Assembly (NCBI GenBank): GCA_017399965.1 | Contig: JAFQAP010000018.1 | Location: 11,546-75,545, forward strand | Reading direction: 5' to 3' | DNA from: Clostridia bacterium | Lineage (GTDB): Bacteria > Bacillota > Clostridia > Oscillospirales > CAG-382 | Length of the DNA stretch: 64,000 nucleotides | Part shown: positions 9,160 to 18,262 of the stretch, piece by piece | How positions within the stretch are numbered: the stretch's first letter is position 1 | Layout: each line of letters starts with the position of its first letter | Made by a program: the position numbers and the translations under genes | The notes under the pieces: model-generated | What the model saw: the letters and a program-made list of their open reading frames with translations, nothing else | Told to the model about the DNA's origin: nothing | The model's database searches: none

Positions 9160-9699
9160 TTAAACGAACATTCCCGAACGCCACAGGTGAGTAAGAGAAG
9201 AAGCAGATAACACTGCAAAAACAACAGCTTGCCAGATACAGAAGGTTGTTATCGGAGAAACGATTCCGGTTATATAGCGGCAAAGCACAAGATACAAAAT
9301 ACCCCACAGCAAAGTAGCTATATGGACTGCGGTTATCAAGATTAGTCCGGATCTTTCAAAATATTTCATTTTGCGTCGTGAAAATGCGGAAAGAAACGGT
9401 AAAAGCAAAACGAGTATTCCGAACAATATATCTATTTTCGGTAAGGCGGGATACATTAAGTACATTTGTTGGTTTTTCAAAAAGAAGAAGCCTTCCAGAT
9501 CGGTTACATAGTGAGCGGAAGAAATCAAAACACAAATGTTAATAATGCCCATAAGGAAAGACAAAGCATCTGCGGATACCGCCGAAAAAGCCAAAAGCTT
9601 TGCGCCTCGGCTTATTTTCATATTTATGGTTCTCGTACCGCAGGCAGGACATTTTAAAGCATTGTCCGGGATTACTGCTTCACACTTTTTACAGACCAT
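9160..9699 (-). CDS. zinc-ribbon domain membrane protein
   Basis: N-terminal 'CKKCEAVIPDNALKCPAC' followed by about 4 TM segments. GGAGG RBS. Confidence 0.6.
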   Translation of the reverse strand: MVCKKCEAVIPDNALKCPACGTRTINMKISRGAKLLAFSAVSADALSFLMGIINICVLISSAHYVTDLEGFFFLKNQQMYLMYPALPKIDILFGILVLLLPFLSAFSRRKMKYFERSGLILITAVHIATLLWGILYLVLCRYITGIVSPITTFCIWQAVVFAVLSASSLTHLWRSGMFV

Positions 9700-9896
9700 A
9701 CAAGCCTCCTATTCTGTTTTGTTGTGTATATTTTAACACACACTTTTTAAAATGTCAATAAGCGGAGGTGCAGTATGTAACCGCCAAAAATCCAACGGTT
9801 CATTTAGTTTGTAACAAGTGATTGATAATTGTTTTTTCAAAAATATCTGCTATAATAAGATCACACCGGTGATAAACAACTTTTGGAGGTACTTTT

Positions 9897-11063
9897 ATGC
9901 AGCTTAGTTTAGGGCAAAAAATACGTGAGCTTCGCAAGCGGGACGGTCGCACGCAAGAAAACCTTGCCGAAGCATTGGGAGTAACGTCCCAAGCTATCTC
10001 ACGCTGGGAATCAAACGGCGGATATCCCGATATGGAAATGCTGCCTGCCATTGCAAATTATTTTCACGTTTCCATTGACGAATTATTCGGATACAATTCC
10101 GACAGAGAAGAAAAGATAAAAAGCATTTTGGATAAAGCCGATAAGGTTATGGAAAATCAGGGATTTCACTATTATCAGGGTAGCATATCGGAAGAAGTTG
10201 AAAACTGCATCAATTCGCTACGTATTGCCGCCGATGAGTTCCCCAACGAGCCGAGAATACTTTTACGCCTTGCGAACACGCTTTATACGTGGGGGTTTCA
10301 AAAGTACGGTTTGAAGGTCGATTACAAAAACGAAACGGGTATATTGCACTACGATACCGAATACCATTCGCAAAATCCTTATTGGAAAGAATCCTTATCG
10401 GCTTTTGAAAGGCTTTTAAATTCAAATCCATCCCAAAAGGATCGTGAATCGGCAATATTGCGAATGACCACGCTTTATATGGAAATGGGCAAATACAAAG
10501 AGGCAAAGGAGTTGGCAGAAGCGCAAAGCTCTGTCGCCATCGGCAAAGAAATGTTAATGCCGAGCACGGCTGCCGGCGAAGAAATGATGCAGTATCAAGC
10601 CGAGCGGGTTATGGCGTTACTTTGTGAACTGCACACATCCGTTTCCAATGCTCTGTCCTCAAAAATAAGTTTTTATACGTCGGATTGCAGAGAGAAAATG
10701 GATCTGGCGCTGATAAACCTGTTTGAAACGATTTTCGAAGACGGCAGATGCGGTGCTTATCATCAGGCAATCGGTAATATTTATATGAATTTGGCTGATT
10801 ACGAATCATATATTGCAAAGAATTTCGAAAAGGCGCTGGAATATTTCGACAAAGGTTTTGAGCATTACAGAAAGTACGAGCAAATTTCCGAAGAGTGCGA
10901 ATACTCCTATTCCGCACCTTTGGTATCTTATTTAAAACCCGTTGAAAAAGACACTTTGCGTCCCCTCGGAGAAAACTTTTGGCAGAAAGAGGTTAAACAC
11001 ATGCCCGAAGATTTCAAAAACGAATTACGGAAGAATAAAAAATACGCGATATGCTTTGAGTAG
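9897..11063 (+). CDS. XRE-family HTH regulator with a helical-repeat (TPR-like) C-terminal domain
   Basis: 'GQKIRELRKRDGRTQENLAEALGVTSQAISRWESNGGYPDMEML'. GGAGG RBS. Confidence 0.8.
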   Translation: MQLSLGQKIRELRKRDGRTQENLAEALGVTSQAISRWESNGGYPDMEMLPAIANYFHVSIDELFGYNSDREEKIKSILDKADKVMENQGFHYYQGSISEEVENCINSLRIAADEFPNEPRILLRLANTLYTWGFQKYGLKVDYKNETGILHYDTEYHSQNPYWKESLSAFERLLNSNPSQKDRESAILRMTTLYMEMGKYKEAKELAEAQSSVAIGKEMLMPSTAAGEEMMQYQAERVMALLCELHTSVSNALSSKISFYTSDCREKMDLALINLFETIFEDGRCGAYHQAIGNIYMNLADYESYIAKNFEKALEYFDKGFEHYRKYEQISEECEYSYSAPLVSYLKPVEKDTLRPLGENFWQKEVKHMPEDFKNELRKNKKYAICFE

Positions 11064-11070
11064 TATACAA

Positions 11071-11107
11071 ACACCCCGAGAAATTACTTCTCGGGGTGTT
11101 TTTGTTG
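11071..11107. terminator. rho-independent terminator built on a CCCCGAGAA/TTCTCGGGG stem
   Basis: ACACCCCGAGAA-attac-TTCTCGGGGTGT followed by TTTTTGTTG. Confidence 0.8.
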
Positions 11108-11147
11108 TCGGGGTCCCCGAGAAGCCGCAAGGCTTCTTGGGGTGATT
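11108..11147 (-). repeat. REP-like palindromic element, inverted orientation
   Basis: TCGGGGTCCCCGAGAAGCCGCAAGGCTTCTTGGGGTGATT is the reverse complement of the 8988 unit with 2 substitutions. Confidence 0.85.
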
Positions 11148-11160
11148 TATTTATAAAATT

Positions 11161-12819
11161 TTACGCCTGTTCAAGAGCGAGAGTTACGGTAGTGGTATCG
11201 CAAACTTCGGAAGGACCAAAGTACTGGATAGCGCCGGGATATACGAAGCAGGTATTTTCTGCCCACTCTGCTCTGTTTTCTGCGAAGAATTTGAAAGGAG
11301 CGCCCTCAAGCTCAACGAGAGCCTTACGGATAACGGGCTTATCTGCGCCGTGTCTTCTTTCGATATTCATCATCTTGGTGATAGGCATACCGCCTGCAAC
11401 CCATTCCTCTGCGGGTCTGGAAAGGTTGGAAACCTTGGAAAGATAGCCGGTATAGCCGTACTGGATAAGCATAAATGCGTTGTAGCCGAGAGAATAGCAG
11501 TAGTCCGCATCAAAGTTGGAGGGGAATGCGCAACGGCCTTCGTAGCCCAGGAAGTGATGAAGTGCGGAGAACTTGCCGTTATAAGTGCCTGCAGCCTTAC
11601 GAGCCTTAAGGTTGTCTGCTACAAGTGCGGAGAACAGTTTTTCGGATTCGATAAGAGAAACCTGAACGTTACCGTGAGGATCGCGCTCAAGGAAGAGCTG
11701 CTGCTGAATGGAAGTGGGAAGAATTGCAAAAACAGCCATAGATTCCTTGGTGAGACCTGCTTCGATAAACGCATACTTTGCTTCCCAAGTGGGAAGAGCG
11801 TTGAACGCTTCGGTCTTTTCGCCTGCAAGGAGTTCGTTGATCTCTGCGATGAGAACGGAGAATTCGGGAACGAATTCAACGATACCTTCGGGAATGATAG
11901 CAACACCGAAGTTCCAGCCCTTGGAAGCGCGGGTTGCAACGGAATCTGCGATATAATCTGCGATCTGAGCCATGGACATCTTCTTTGCGGCAACTTCTTC
12001 ACCTACAAGGCAGATGTTGGGACGGGTCTGAAGAGCGCACTCCAAAGCTACGTGGGAAGCGGAACGTCCCATAACCTTTACGAAGTGCCAGTATTTCTTT
12101 GCGGAGTTAGCGTCACGCTCGATATTACCGATAATTTCGGAATAAGTCTTGGTAGCGGTATCAAAGCCGAAGGAGCATTCGATATCTTCGTTTTTCAAGT
12201 CGCCGTCAATAGTCTTGGGGCAGCCGATAACCTGAATACCGGTGTTATGTGCTGCAAAATATTCTGCCAGAACAGCCGCATTGGTGTTGGAATCATCGCC
12301 GCCGATAATAACCACAGCGTTAATGCCGTGCTTTTTGCAAACTTCTGCAACAACAGCAAACTGTTCTTCAGTCTCAAGCTTGGTTCTGCCGGAACCGATA
12401 ATATCAAAACCGCCGGTGTTGCGGAACTGATTAATATATTCATCATCAAAGATAACGTAGCTGTCTTCAAGCAGACCGCTGGGGCCGCCCTTGAAGCCGT
12501 AAAGCACGTTTTCTTTGTTGGTAGCCTTCAAAGCATCGTAAAGACCGCAGATAACATTGTGTCCGCCGGGAGCCTGTCCGCCGGAGAGGATAACGCCGAC
12601 AACCTGCTTTTTGTTTTCGGATGTATTTACACCCTTTTCAAAGGTGATCTCGTTTTTGCCGTAGGTGTTGGGGAACAGAGCCTTTATCTTTTCCTGGTCC
12701 GCAACGCTTTCGGTAGCGCCGCCGTTTTTAACGCAGATCTCGGATATACCGTTTCTGAGCATACCGGGAAGCTTGGGGTTATACTGATATCTTACAGTCT
12801 GGAGAGGGGAAAGTTTCAT
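11161..12819 (-). CDS. pfp: diphosphate--fructose-6-phosphate 1-phosphotransferase (PPi-dependent PFK, long form)
   Basis: 552 aa. '[11 protein letters not shown]' (Asp in place of the Gly of ATP-PFKs), 'TIDGDL', 'MGR'. Typical N-terminus '[13 protein letters not shown]'. Confidence 0.92.
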   Translation of the reverse strand: MKLSPLQTVRYQYNPKLPGMLRNGISEICVKNGGATESVADQEKIKALFPNTYGKNEITFEKGVNTSENKKQVVGVILSGGQAPGGHNVICGLYDALKATNKENVLYGFKGGPSGLLEDSYVIFDDEYINQFRNTGGFDIIGSGRTKLETEEQFAVVAEVCKKHGINAVVIIGGDDSNTNAAVLAEYFAAHNTGIQVIGCPKTIDGDLKNEDIECSFGFDTATKTYSEIIGNIERDANSAKKYWHFVKVMGRSASHVALECALQTRPNICLVGEEVAAKKMSMAQIADYIADSVATRASKGWNFGVAIIPEGIVEFVPEFSVLIAEINELLAGEKTEAFNALPTWEAKYAFIEAGLTKESMAVFAILPTSIQQQLFLERDPHGNVQVSLIESEKLFSALVADNLKARKAAGTYNGKFSALHHFLGYEGRCAFPSNFDADYCYSLGYNAFMLIQYGYTGYLSKVSNLSRPAEEWVAGGMPITKMMNIERRHGADKPVIRKALVELEGAPFKFFAENRAEWAENTCFVYPGAIQYFGPSEVCDTTTVTLALEQA

Positions 12820-12905
12820 TTAATTGATACTCCTTGCGTTTTTAATTTTCAATATCCAGATTATTATAACTCATTATACGAAAAAAGTAAATAGTTTTTT
12901 CGGTT

Positions 12906-13436
12906 TTATTCCGCATAATCAACGAGTTCTTCCAAATCTTTGCGTTTTTTCGTGCGCAGTTTATCTCCCTCGGCGGCATAGCCCAAGGTAATAACAAGTC
13001 TTACCGCGCTGTCAAGCGAGCATATCTCCCGTATTCTCTTATCGTCAAACCAGCCCAGTATGCAGGTGGAAAGTCCCTGCGCCGTTGCTTCTGCGGTGAT
13101 ATATGCGGAAAGAATACCGATATCTATAGAGCGGTAATCATTGTTTTTTACTTTTGCGCCCAACGCGGCGGAAGCCACATAAGGCTTTTCGGAAATAACC
13201 AGCATTACAGGCGCGTTTGAAGCGAATTTGTTCATACCCATACCCATTACCGCGGCGGCTGTCTTTTTTGCGGCTTCGCCTTTACACACGGTTATATGAT
13301 AGGGCTGACCGTTGCAAGCAGATGGGGATAAACGGGCGGATTCAAGAACAGAATTCAGTTTTTCCTGCTCCACTTCCCTGTTCATATCGTAATTTCTGCA
13401 GGACTGTCTGTTGTTTGCGATTTCCGTAAAATTCAT
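12906..13436 (-). CDS. nitroreductase family protein
   Basis: 'RQSCRNYDMNREVEQEKLNSVLESARLSPSACNGQPY'. Confidence 0.85.
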   Translation of the reverse strand: MNFTEIANNRQSCRNYDMNREVEQEKLNSVLESARLSPSACNGQPYHITVCKGEAAKKTAAAVMGMGMNKFASNAPVMLVISEKPYVASAALGAKVKNNDYRSIDIGILSAYITAEATAQGLSTCILGWFDDKRIREICSLDSAVRLVITLGYAAEGDKLRTKKRKDLEELVDYAE

Positions 13437-13574
13437 TTTTATTACCTCCCCGGTATTTTTTTATGATTATATCATATTTTCTCCTTATTTTCAATCAGAA
13501 AAGTCCGTATTGCAAAAATAAGATTTATCTGCTATAATTTATGCAGACGGAAATTAAATTAAACGAGGTATGTT

Positions 13575-15248
13575 ATGAGCTTTAAAAGAATTTGCGTGCT
13601 GTTACTTGCTTTTTTGATGTGCGCAGGCATACTTGCTTCCTGCACCGAAAATGAAAACGAGAGCAACACAAACGAATCCGAACAAAACGAAAGTGTTCCC
13701 GAAGAGGAGAGTAAAGAGCCTATGCCCGAATACTGGGGATTTAACGATTATAATACGGTTGAAATTAAGGGCGCACCCGAAGAGATAAAATCCTATGAAA
13801 CTACCGTAACAAAGGTAAGCGATAAAAAATACGCCGTAAGCTGTATGACCGAAGCAGGCAAGCTTACCATCACTCTTGAGGAAAGACCCTGGGGCTGCTT
13901 TAACCTTTGGGCTTGGAACCTTGTGGATAAAGACGGAAAGACGCATACCTTTGCAGTAGGCGCTACCGATTTCGAATACGTACATATTCCTACCACACCC
14001 AAGGGAACAAACGTATGGTCCGGCGGAAACCACGGCAACGAAGCCTTTTTGTCCATTGATTTTTACAATGCTGAAACCGGCGAAAAGCTTGAGCTTGAAA
14101 CGGGCAAGGCTGTAACCGTAAATTCTCTCCACGTTATCGAAAAGAGCAAGCTGCTTTGGTTCCCCGATGATAACGGCGACAGTATAGGCGATTACAACAA
14201 CAAGTCTATGTCCTATACCGAGGACGACGTATACTGCGAAATGACAAGAAAATACACCTTCACAGGTCCTCAGATAAAGCTTAACTGCGATTACAAATAC
14301 GTTAAAGACGTAAACCACAGCCGTTCTTACACCTGTATGCTTCCCATTAACAAAAAATACGGCTTGTGGTGCGAAATGTACGATAACAACGGCAAGCTTT
14401 TAAAGACTATTGAAACCCTTAAGGTAGGCGCGGCGGATTATTCAGGTCCCTCCAATTCCGGCAACGCCGCATCCAGAGCGGTTATTTACGGTTATGCAGA
14501 CCCCAGATATCAATTTGACGTGAGAGTTACCACCTACGAGGATTCTTTGGATAAATGTCAAGGCGATTACAAAACTGCGTTCTGGGATATGAACACCACA
14601 GATAACAAGCTGTATTTTACCAAATTCTCTAACTCCGTAAAAAAGACGCTGCCTGCGGGAACGGAATTCCACACCGAATGCTTCTGGCTTTTCAATTACG
14701 TTGAAGATGCAGTTGCACCCGATATAAGCGAACCTGAGGTAAGCACTCCCGACGAAATCGATCCTATCGGAAATTTGGTTTCCGTAGGTAAAGAATACAC
14801 CCTTTCGGGTCTTTTGGGAACAGGATACGGCAACTACACCGCAAACCTTACGGACGGAAAACACACCAATACTCTTACATACGACAACAACTGGTTTTCC
14901 TTCTTTAACAGCTCCGCCCTTACACCCGAAGAGCTTAACACAGAAAACGGAATTGCTTGGCTTATTATAGACCTTGAAAAAGAAACCGATATTTCCTTTG
15001 TGAGAGCTCACATTTGCAACGGCGGAACCGCGGGAATAAACGCACCTAAAAAGGCTGTGGTTTCCGTTTCGGACGACGGAACCAACTTTACAGACGTAGG
15101 CGAACTGCCCATTTCCACAGACGCAAGCGCCATCTACTGGAGCCATCTGGAAACGGAAGGAATTAACGCAAGATACATTAAATTTACATTTACCCCCAAC
15201 GGACTGTTCGTTTTCCTTAATGAAGTCGAGGTTTACGAAGCACAGTAA
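13575..15248 (+). CDS. secreted lipoprotein with a C-terminal discoidin/F5-8-type-C-like carbohydrate-binding module
   Basis: Lipobox 'GILASC'. C-terminal 'ANLTDGK ... ARYIKFTFTPNGLFVFLNEVEVYEA'. Confidence 0.65.
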   Translation: MSFKRICVLLLAFLMCAGILASCTENENESNTNESEQNESVPEEESKEPMPEYWGFNDYNTVEIKGAPEEIKSYETTVTKVSDKKYAVSCMTEAGKLTITLEERPWGCFNLWAWNLVDKDGKTHTFAVGATDFEYVHIPTTPKGTNVWSGGNHGNEAFLSIDFYNAETGEKLELETGKAVTVNSLHVIEKSKLLWFPDDNGDSIGDYNNKSMSYTEDDVYCEMTRKYTFTGPQIKLNCDYKYVKDVNHSRSYTCMLPINKKYGLWCEMYDNNGKLLKTIETLKVGAADYSGPSNSGNAASRAVIYGYADPRYQFDVRVTTYEDSLDKCQGDYKTAFWDMNTTDNKLYFTKFSNSVKKTLPAGTEFHTECFWLFNYVEDAVAPDISEPEVSTPDEIDPIGNLVSVGKEYTLSGLLGTGYGNYTANLTDGKHTNTLTYDNNWFSFFNSSALTPEELNTENGIAWLIIDLEKETDISFVRAHICNGGTAGINAPKKAVVSVSDDGTNFTDVGELPISTDASAIYWSHLETEGINARYIKFTFTPNGLFVFLNEVEVYEAQ

Positions 15249-15263
15249 ACATACATAAACATC

Positions 15264-15310
15264 TTTAAACGCCATCGGAAACACGATGGCGTTTAAAACT
15301 GTTTTTATTT
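15264..15310 (+). terminator. rho-independent terminator
   Basis: 14-bp stem TTTAAACGCCATCG (15264-15277) / CGATGGCGTTTAAA (15284-15297) followed by a T-rich tail. Confidence 0.8.
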
Positions 15311-15382
15311 AGAAAAAGAAATAACATTCCAAAAAACGGGTATACTTTTTCTATATCAAAGGGAAAGGAAATACGGTTTAAA

Positions 15383-15817
15383 ATGATAGAACAAGATACC
15401 ATAAAGCTGCTTCGTGAATGTGATGCGGGAGTAAAAATGGGTGTAAGCTCCATCGAAGGGGTTTTGGATTACGTTAAGGACGATACTTTGTGGAAATATT
15501 TATCCGATTGCAAGGAAGAGCACGACGAGCTTGACGAGGAGCTGCAACAGCTTTTGGATAAATACGATGACGAGGGTAAAAACCCTTCCCCTATTGCAAA
15601 GGGAATGTCTATGATGAAGACTGAGATAAAATTGGGCATAAAGGGAAATGACAAAACTATTGCAGACCTTATAACCGATGGGTGCAATATGGGGGTTAAA
15701 TCCCTTAACAGATATCTTAACCAATACAAAGCGGCGGACGAGGTTTCCAAGGATATTACAAAACGCCTTATAAACCTTGAAGAAAAGCTGGCTGTGGATA
15801 TACGGTCGTATCTTTAA
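15383..15817 (+). CDS. hypothetical all-helical protein (144 aa)
   Basis: Clean ORF with heptad-like acidic helices. Function not recognised. Confidence 0.55.
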   Translation: MIEQDTIKLLRECDAGVKMGVSSIEGVLDYVKDDTLWKYLSDCKEEHDELDEELQQLLDKYDDEGKNPSPIAKGMSMMKTEIKLGIKGNDKTIADLITDGCNMGVKSLNRYLNQYKAADEVSKDITKRLINLEEKLAVDIRSYL

Positions 15818-15939
15818 AAAGGGATGGGGGTTGTCGCAAGCGGTCGGGTGAAAAAAGTGCCCGACCGCTTAAAGACAAGGAGAAACTTATGATATGGACG
15901 TAAACTTTTTTGAAATTTTTATATTGAAAGGTTGTTTAT

Positions 15940-16623
15940 TTATAACAACTGTCCTTCCGCTTCACCTGCATCGGGGTATACGTAACCGGTAACGAGCTCG
16001 GGCATATTGGGCTTTATATCGGTATGGGATGCACAGAAATCGAGTATTGCCCGGTATGCAGTCGTATTTTTTCGCCGTGTGAAAAAGCCGGAAACATGAG
16101 CGGTCTTAAAGGCGCAATGCCACCACATACTCACACCGCGCAGACGTTTTCTGCCGTGCTTTTTGTTTTCAAGCTTTTTATCGGATACATAAAATATATA
16201 TTCGTGGCCGCGATCGGGGTAATACATATCACTAAATCTATAATCCAAGGTCTTGCGGAAATAGGAAAAGCCGTAGTCCTTAAGATCCGCCCAGAGAATG
16301 TGCTTTTCCCCGAAGGGAGAAAGACGGTGTATTCCCTGCTCGTCAAAAACGTATGTAAACAACACTTCACGGATGTTGTATACAAGGTAAAGGGCCATCA
16401 TGGCAAACACACAAATTAACAAAAACATAACGATGCCCAAACCCATATTGACCAAAAGCTCAAACCGTTGGTCTGCGGGAGTCAGAACACCCGAACCGAT
16501 ACAATATGCCCACAGTATTACCATGCCCAAGGAAAAGAGCGTCATCATGCCGTAAATTATTACAGAGGGTATACCTACTTTTCTTCCGCTGATTGTAATT
16601 TTGCTGTCTGTTACTTCTAACAT
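15940..16623 (-). CDS. membrane protein, paralog of 16635-17333
   Basis: N-terminal TM hairpin. Shared blocks 'SPFGEKHILWADLKDYGFSY' and 'YIFYVSDKK'. Confidence 0.6.
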   Translation of the reverse strand: MLEVTDSKITISGRKVGIPSVIIYGMMTLFSLGMVILWAYCIGSGVLTPADQRFELLVNMGLGIVMFLLICVFAMMALYLVYNIREVLFTYVFDEQGIHRLSPFGEKHILWADLKDYGFSYFRKTLDYRFSDMYYPDRGHEYIFYVSDKKLENKKHGRKRLRGVSMWWHCAFKTAHVSGFFTRRKNTTAYRAILDFCASHTDIKPNMPELVTGYVYPDAGEAEGQLL

Positions 16624-16634
16624 ATATGCCTCCG

Positions 16635-17333
16635 CTATAAATTTTTGGGGCGGAATTTTTCTTTTAATTTGTCCGAGGGGCTTTCAAGCACAGGATCGAG
16701 AAGTCCCGTGGCGTTGGATGCGATAAAGGGCTGAACGTCCGTATGCTCTGCGCAAAAGGCGAGCGTCTGGCGCACGTGTTCACCTTGCTCGCGGGCTTCA
16801 AAATAGCCCGTATGCTTTTGATATCCCAGATTGAATGAAAGTTTGAAAAACACACCGGAAAGATCTTTTTTGCTGTAATTCTTTTGGGGACACACTTTGT
16901 CCGAAACGTAAAAGGAATAGGATTTGCCTATATCAATGAAAAAATGGCTTGAACGGCGGGTATACTCGAAGGAAATTCCGTAATCCTTAACGTCTTCCCA
17001 AGCAATAAACCTTGTGCCGAAGGGAGAAACGCGGCTTACTCCAAGCTGATCGAAAACGTATACGCACAGTGCGATTTTGGCACAGCAGAAGGCGCTGTAG
17101 GCTGACAAAAAGCAAGCAACAGTAAAAATTAATGCGGTGACAATAAAGAACGCGTATGCAAGCTTAACAGCGATAGGCGATGCGTGCTCCGAGGGTTCAT
17201 AGGTGAAGATGGTACGTATTAAATGATATGCGCCCCAAGCAGAAAGCAATGAGAATACGGAGAATATAAGCGTTACCGCTACTCCGGGTGCACGTTCATC
17301 TATTTTTATTTGTTTATCGGTTATATCGTACAT
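16635..17333 (-). CDS. membrane protein, paralog of 15940-16623
   Basis: Shared blocks 'SPFGTRFIAWEDVKDYGISF' and 'YSFYVSDKV'. An 11-nt gap to the next gene. Confidence 0.6.
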   Translation of the reverse strand: MYDITDKQIKIDERAPGVAVTLIFSVFSLLSAWGAYHLIRTIFTYEPSEHASPIAVKLAYAFFIVTALIFTVACFLSAYSAFCCAKIALCVYVFDQLGVSRVSPFGTRFIAWEDVKDYGISFEYTRRSSHFFIDIGKSYSFYVSDKVCPQKNYSKKDLSGVFFKLSFNLGYQKHTGYFEAREQGEHVRQTLAFCAEHTDVQPFIASNATGLLDPVLESPSDKLKEKFRPKNL

Positions 17334-17355
17334 TTTAAAACCGCCTGAAAGTTAA

Positions 17356-17721
17356 TTAGATAAAAGGATAAATGTAGGTGAAAAGCTGAGAAACCTCTTC
17401 GGGTGCATAAACTAAAGGGATGATAAAATAATATGCAAATGCAAGGGTATACATAATTCCCGAAAGAACGAGATTGATTATTGCGAGTATCTTGGCAGCG
17501 GTTATCATTTTGGACTTGACGCCTTCGTTTTCGCGGTGGAAATTGCTTACCTTCTGAAGTGCGTAAATAGCGATAACAACACCGAGCCAACCGAAAAAGA
17601 AATAGGAAACGATCGCGGTTATAAGGGTCTGGTTGGGTAATGCGGTTTTTACCTTATATTCCTTCACCGGCTCCGCAGGGCGAACATCATCTTCGTTATA
17701 TTGATATTTATAATTAGCCAC
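17356..17721 (-). CDS. CD225/dispanin (IFITM-like) two-TM small membrane protein, copy A (GTG start)
   Basis: 'GWLGVVIAIYALQKV...EG...TAAKILAIINLVLSGI' aligns without gaps to the IFITM 'LGxxxAxY..K...G...AKxLxIxxLxLxGI' pattern. GTG start with an AAGGA RBS. Paralog of copy B. Confidence 0.6.
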   Translation of the reverse strand: MANYKYQYNEDDVRPAEPVKEYKVKTALPNQTLITAIVSYFFFGWLGVVIAIYALQKVSNFHRENEGVKSKMITAAKILAIINLVLSGIMYTLAFAYYFIIPLVYAPEEVSQLFTYIYPFI

Positions 17722-17819
17722 GGTCTTTTTTCCTTTCGTAATTGTCCGCCGAGGGACCGCCGCGTTTGGACGGCACCTTCGGGAACGGAGTATATACAGT
17801 AGTTTGGCGTCACTGTCAA
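17722..17819 (-). promoter_or_regulatory. promoter (TTGACA-17-TATATA) plus conserved leader block of copy A
   Basis: -35 at 17814-17819 and -10 at 17791-17796 (minus strand). Block 17745-17814 is 67/70 identical to 18287-18356. Confidence 0.6.
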
Positions 17820-17877
17820 GGGGAAGTACGGATTTCATCATACCCCGGATAAAGTTTGCGGTTGCGGTCTTGCCGCC
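17815..17877 (-). pseudogene. 63-bp relic of the flotillin 3' coding region (duplication scar)
   Basis: About 90% identical to 18496-18564, which lies inside the flotillin gene (codons for '...ANFISGMMKSVPPLD'). Confidence 0.8.
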
Positions 17878-17887
17878 TGAAAGTTAA

Positions 17888-18262
17888 TCAGATAAAAGGA
17901 TAAATATATGTATAAAGCAGTGAAGCCGATTCGGGTGCCTGAGTAGCTAAGATAATGAGCGCGACGATGAAATACACAGCCGAAGAAGCCACCCCTACGC
18001 CCGTCATAACAAGACATATAATAGCAAAAACTCTTCCGACCTTCACCTTGGTACAGGTTTCGCCTTCATGCTCGGTGAGATAGATCTTCTCTTTTTGAAG
18101 GGTCCACAAAGCAAGAGCAAAGCCTATCAAGCCGTAGAAAATAAGAGAAAGTATACCCATTATCAACACGTTATTGGGATGCACGGTGTAATATTTGTAC
18201 TCCTCCACCTCTTTAGGCGGGGGCGCGGGTTCTTCGTTGTATGAGTATTTATAGTTTGCCAT
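17888..18262 (-). CDS. CD225/dispanin (IFITM-like) two-TM small membrane protein, copy B
   Basis: 'MANYKYSYNEE...GLIGFALALWTLQKE...YIYPFI'. ATG follows AAGGAG. About 35-40% identical to copy A. Confidence 0.6.
   Translation of the reverse strand: MANYKYSYNEEPAPPPKEVEEYKYYTVHPNNVLIMGILSLIFYGLIGFALALWTLQKEKIYLTEHEGETCTKVKVGRVFAIICLVMTGVGVASSAVYFIVALIILATQAPESASLLYTYIYPFI

Noticed and set aside
11350-12894. 514-aa plus-strand ORF.
   Set aside because: It is exactly antisense to the well-supported pfp gene. It has no RBS and a low-complexity Gly/Val/Cys/Phe-rich translation with no motif. It is a shadow ORF, caused by the rarity of TTA/CTA/TCA codons in the sense frame.
15838-15870. An 11-bp-stem hairpin (AAGCGGTCGGG / CCCGACCGCTT) considered as a terminator.
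   Set aside because: There is no U-tract on either strand, so it was not annotated as a terminator. It may still act as an RNA stabiliser or a processing site at the end of the flotillin operon.
17722-17841. N-terminal extensions of the two CD225-like ORFs as given in the track (17356-17841 and 17888-18355).
   Set aside because: The nearly identical upstream DNA is read in different frames in the two copies, giving unrelated peptides. Extension A begins inside a relic of the flotillin gene. Good RBS-plus-start combinations exist at 17721 (GTG) and 18262 (ATG).
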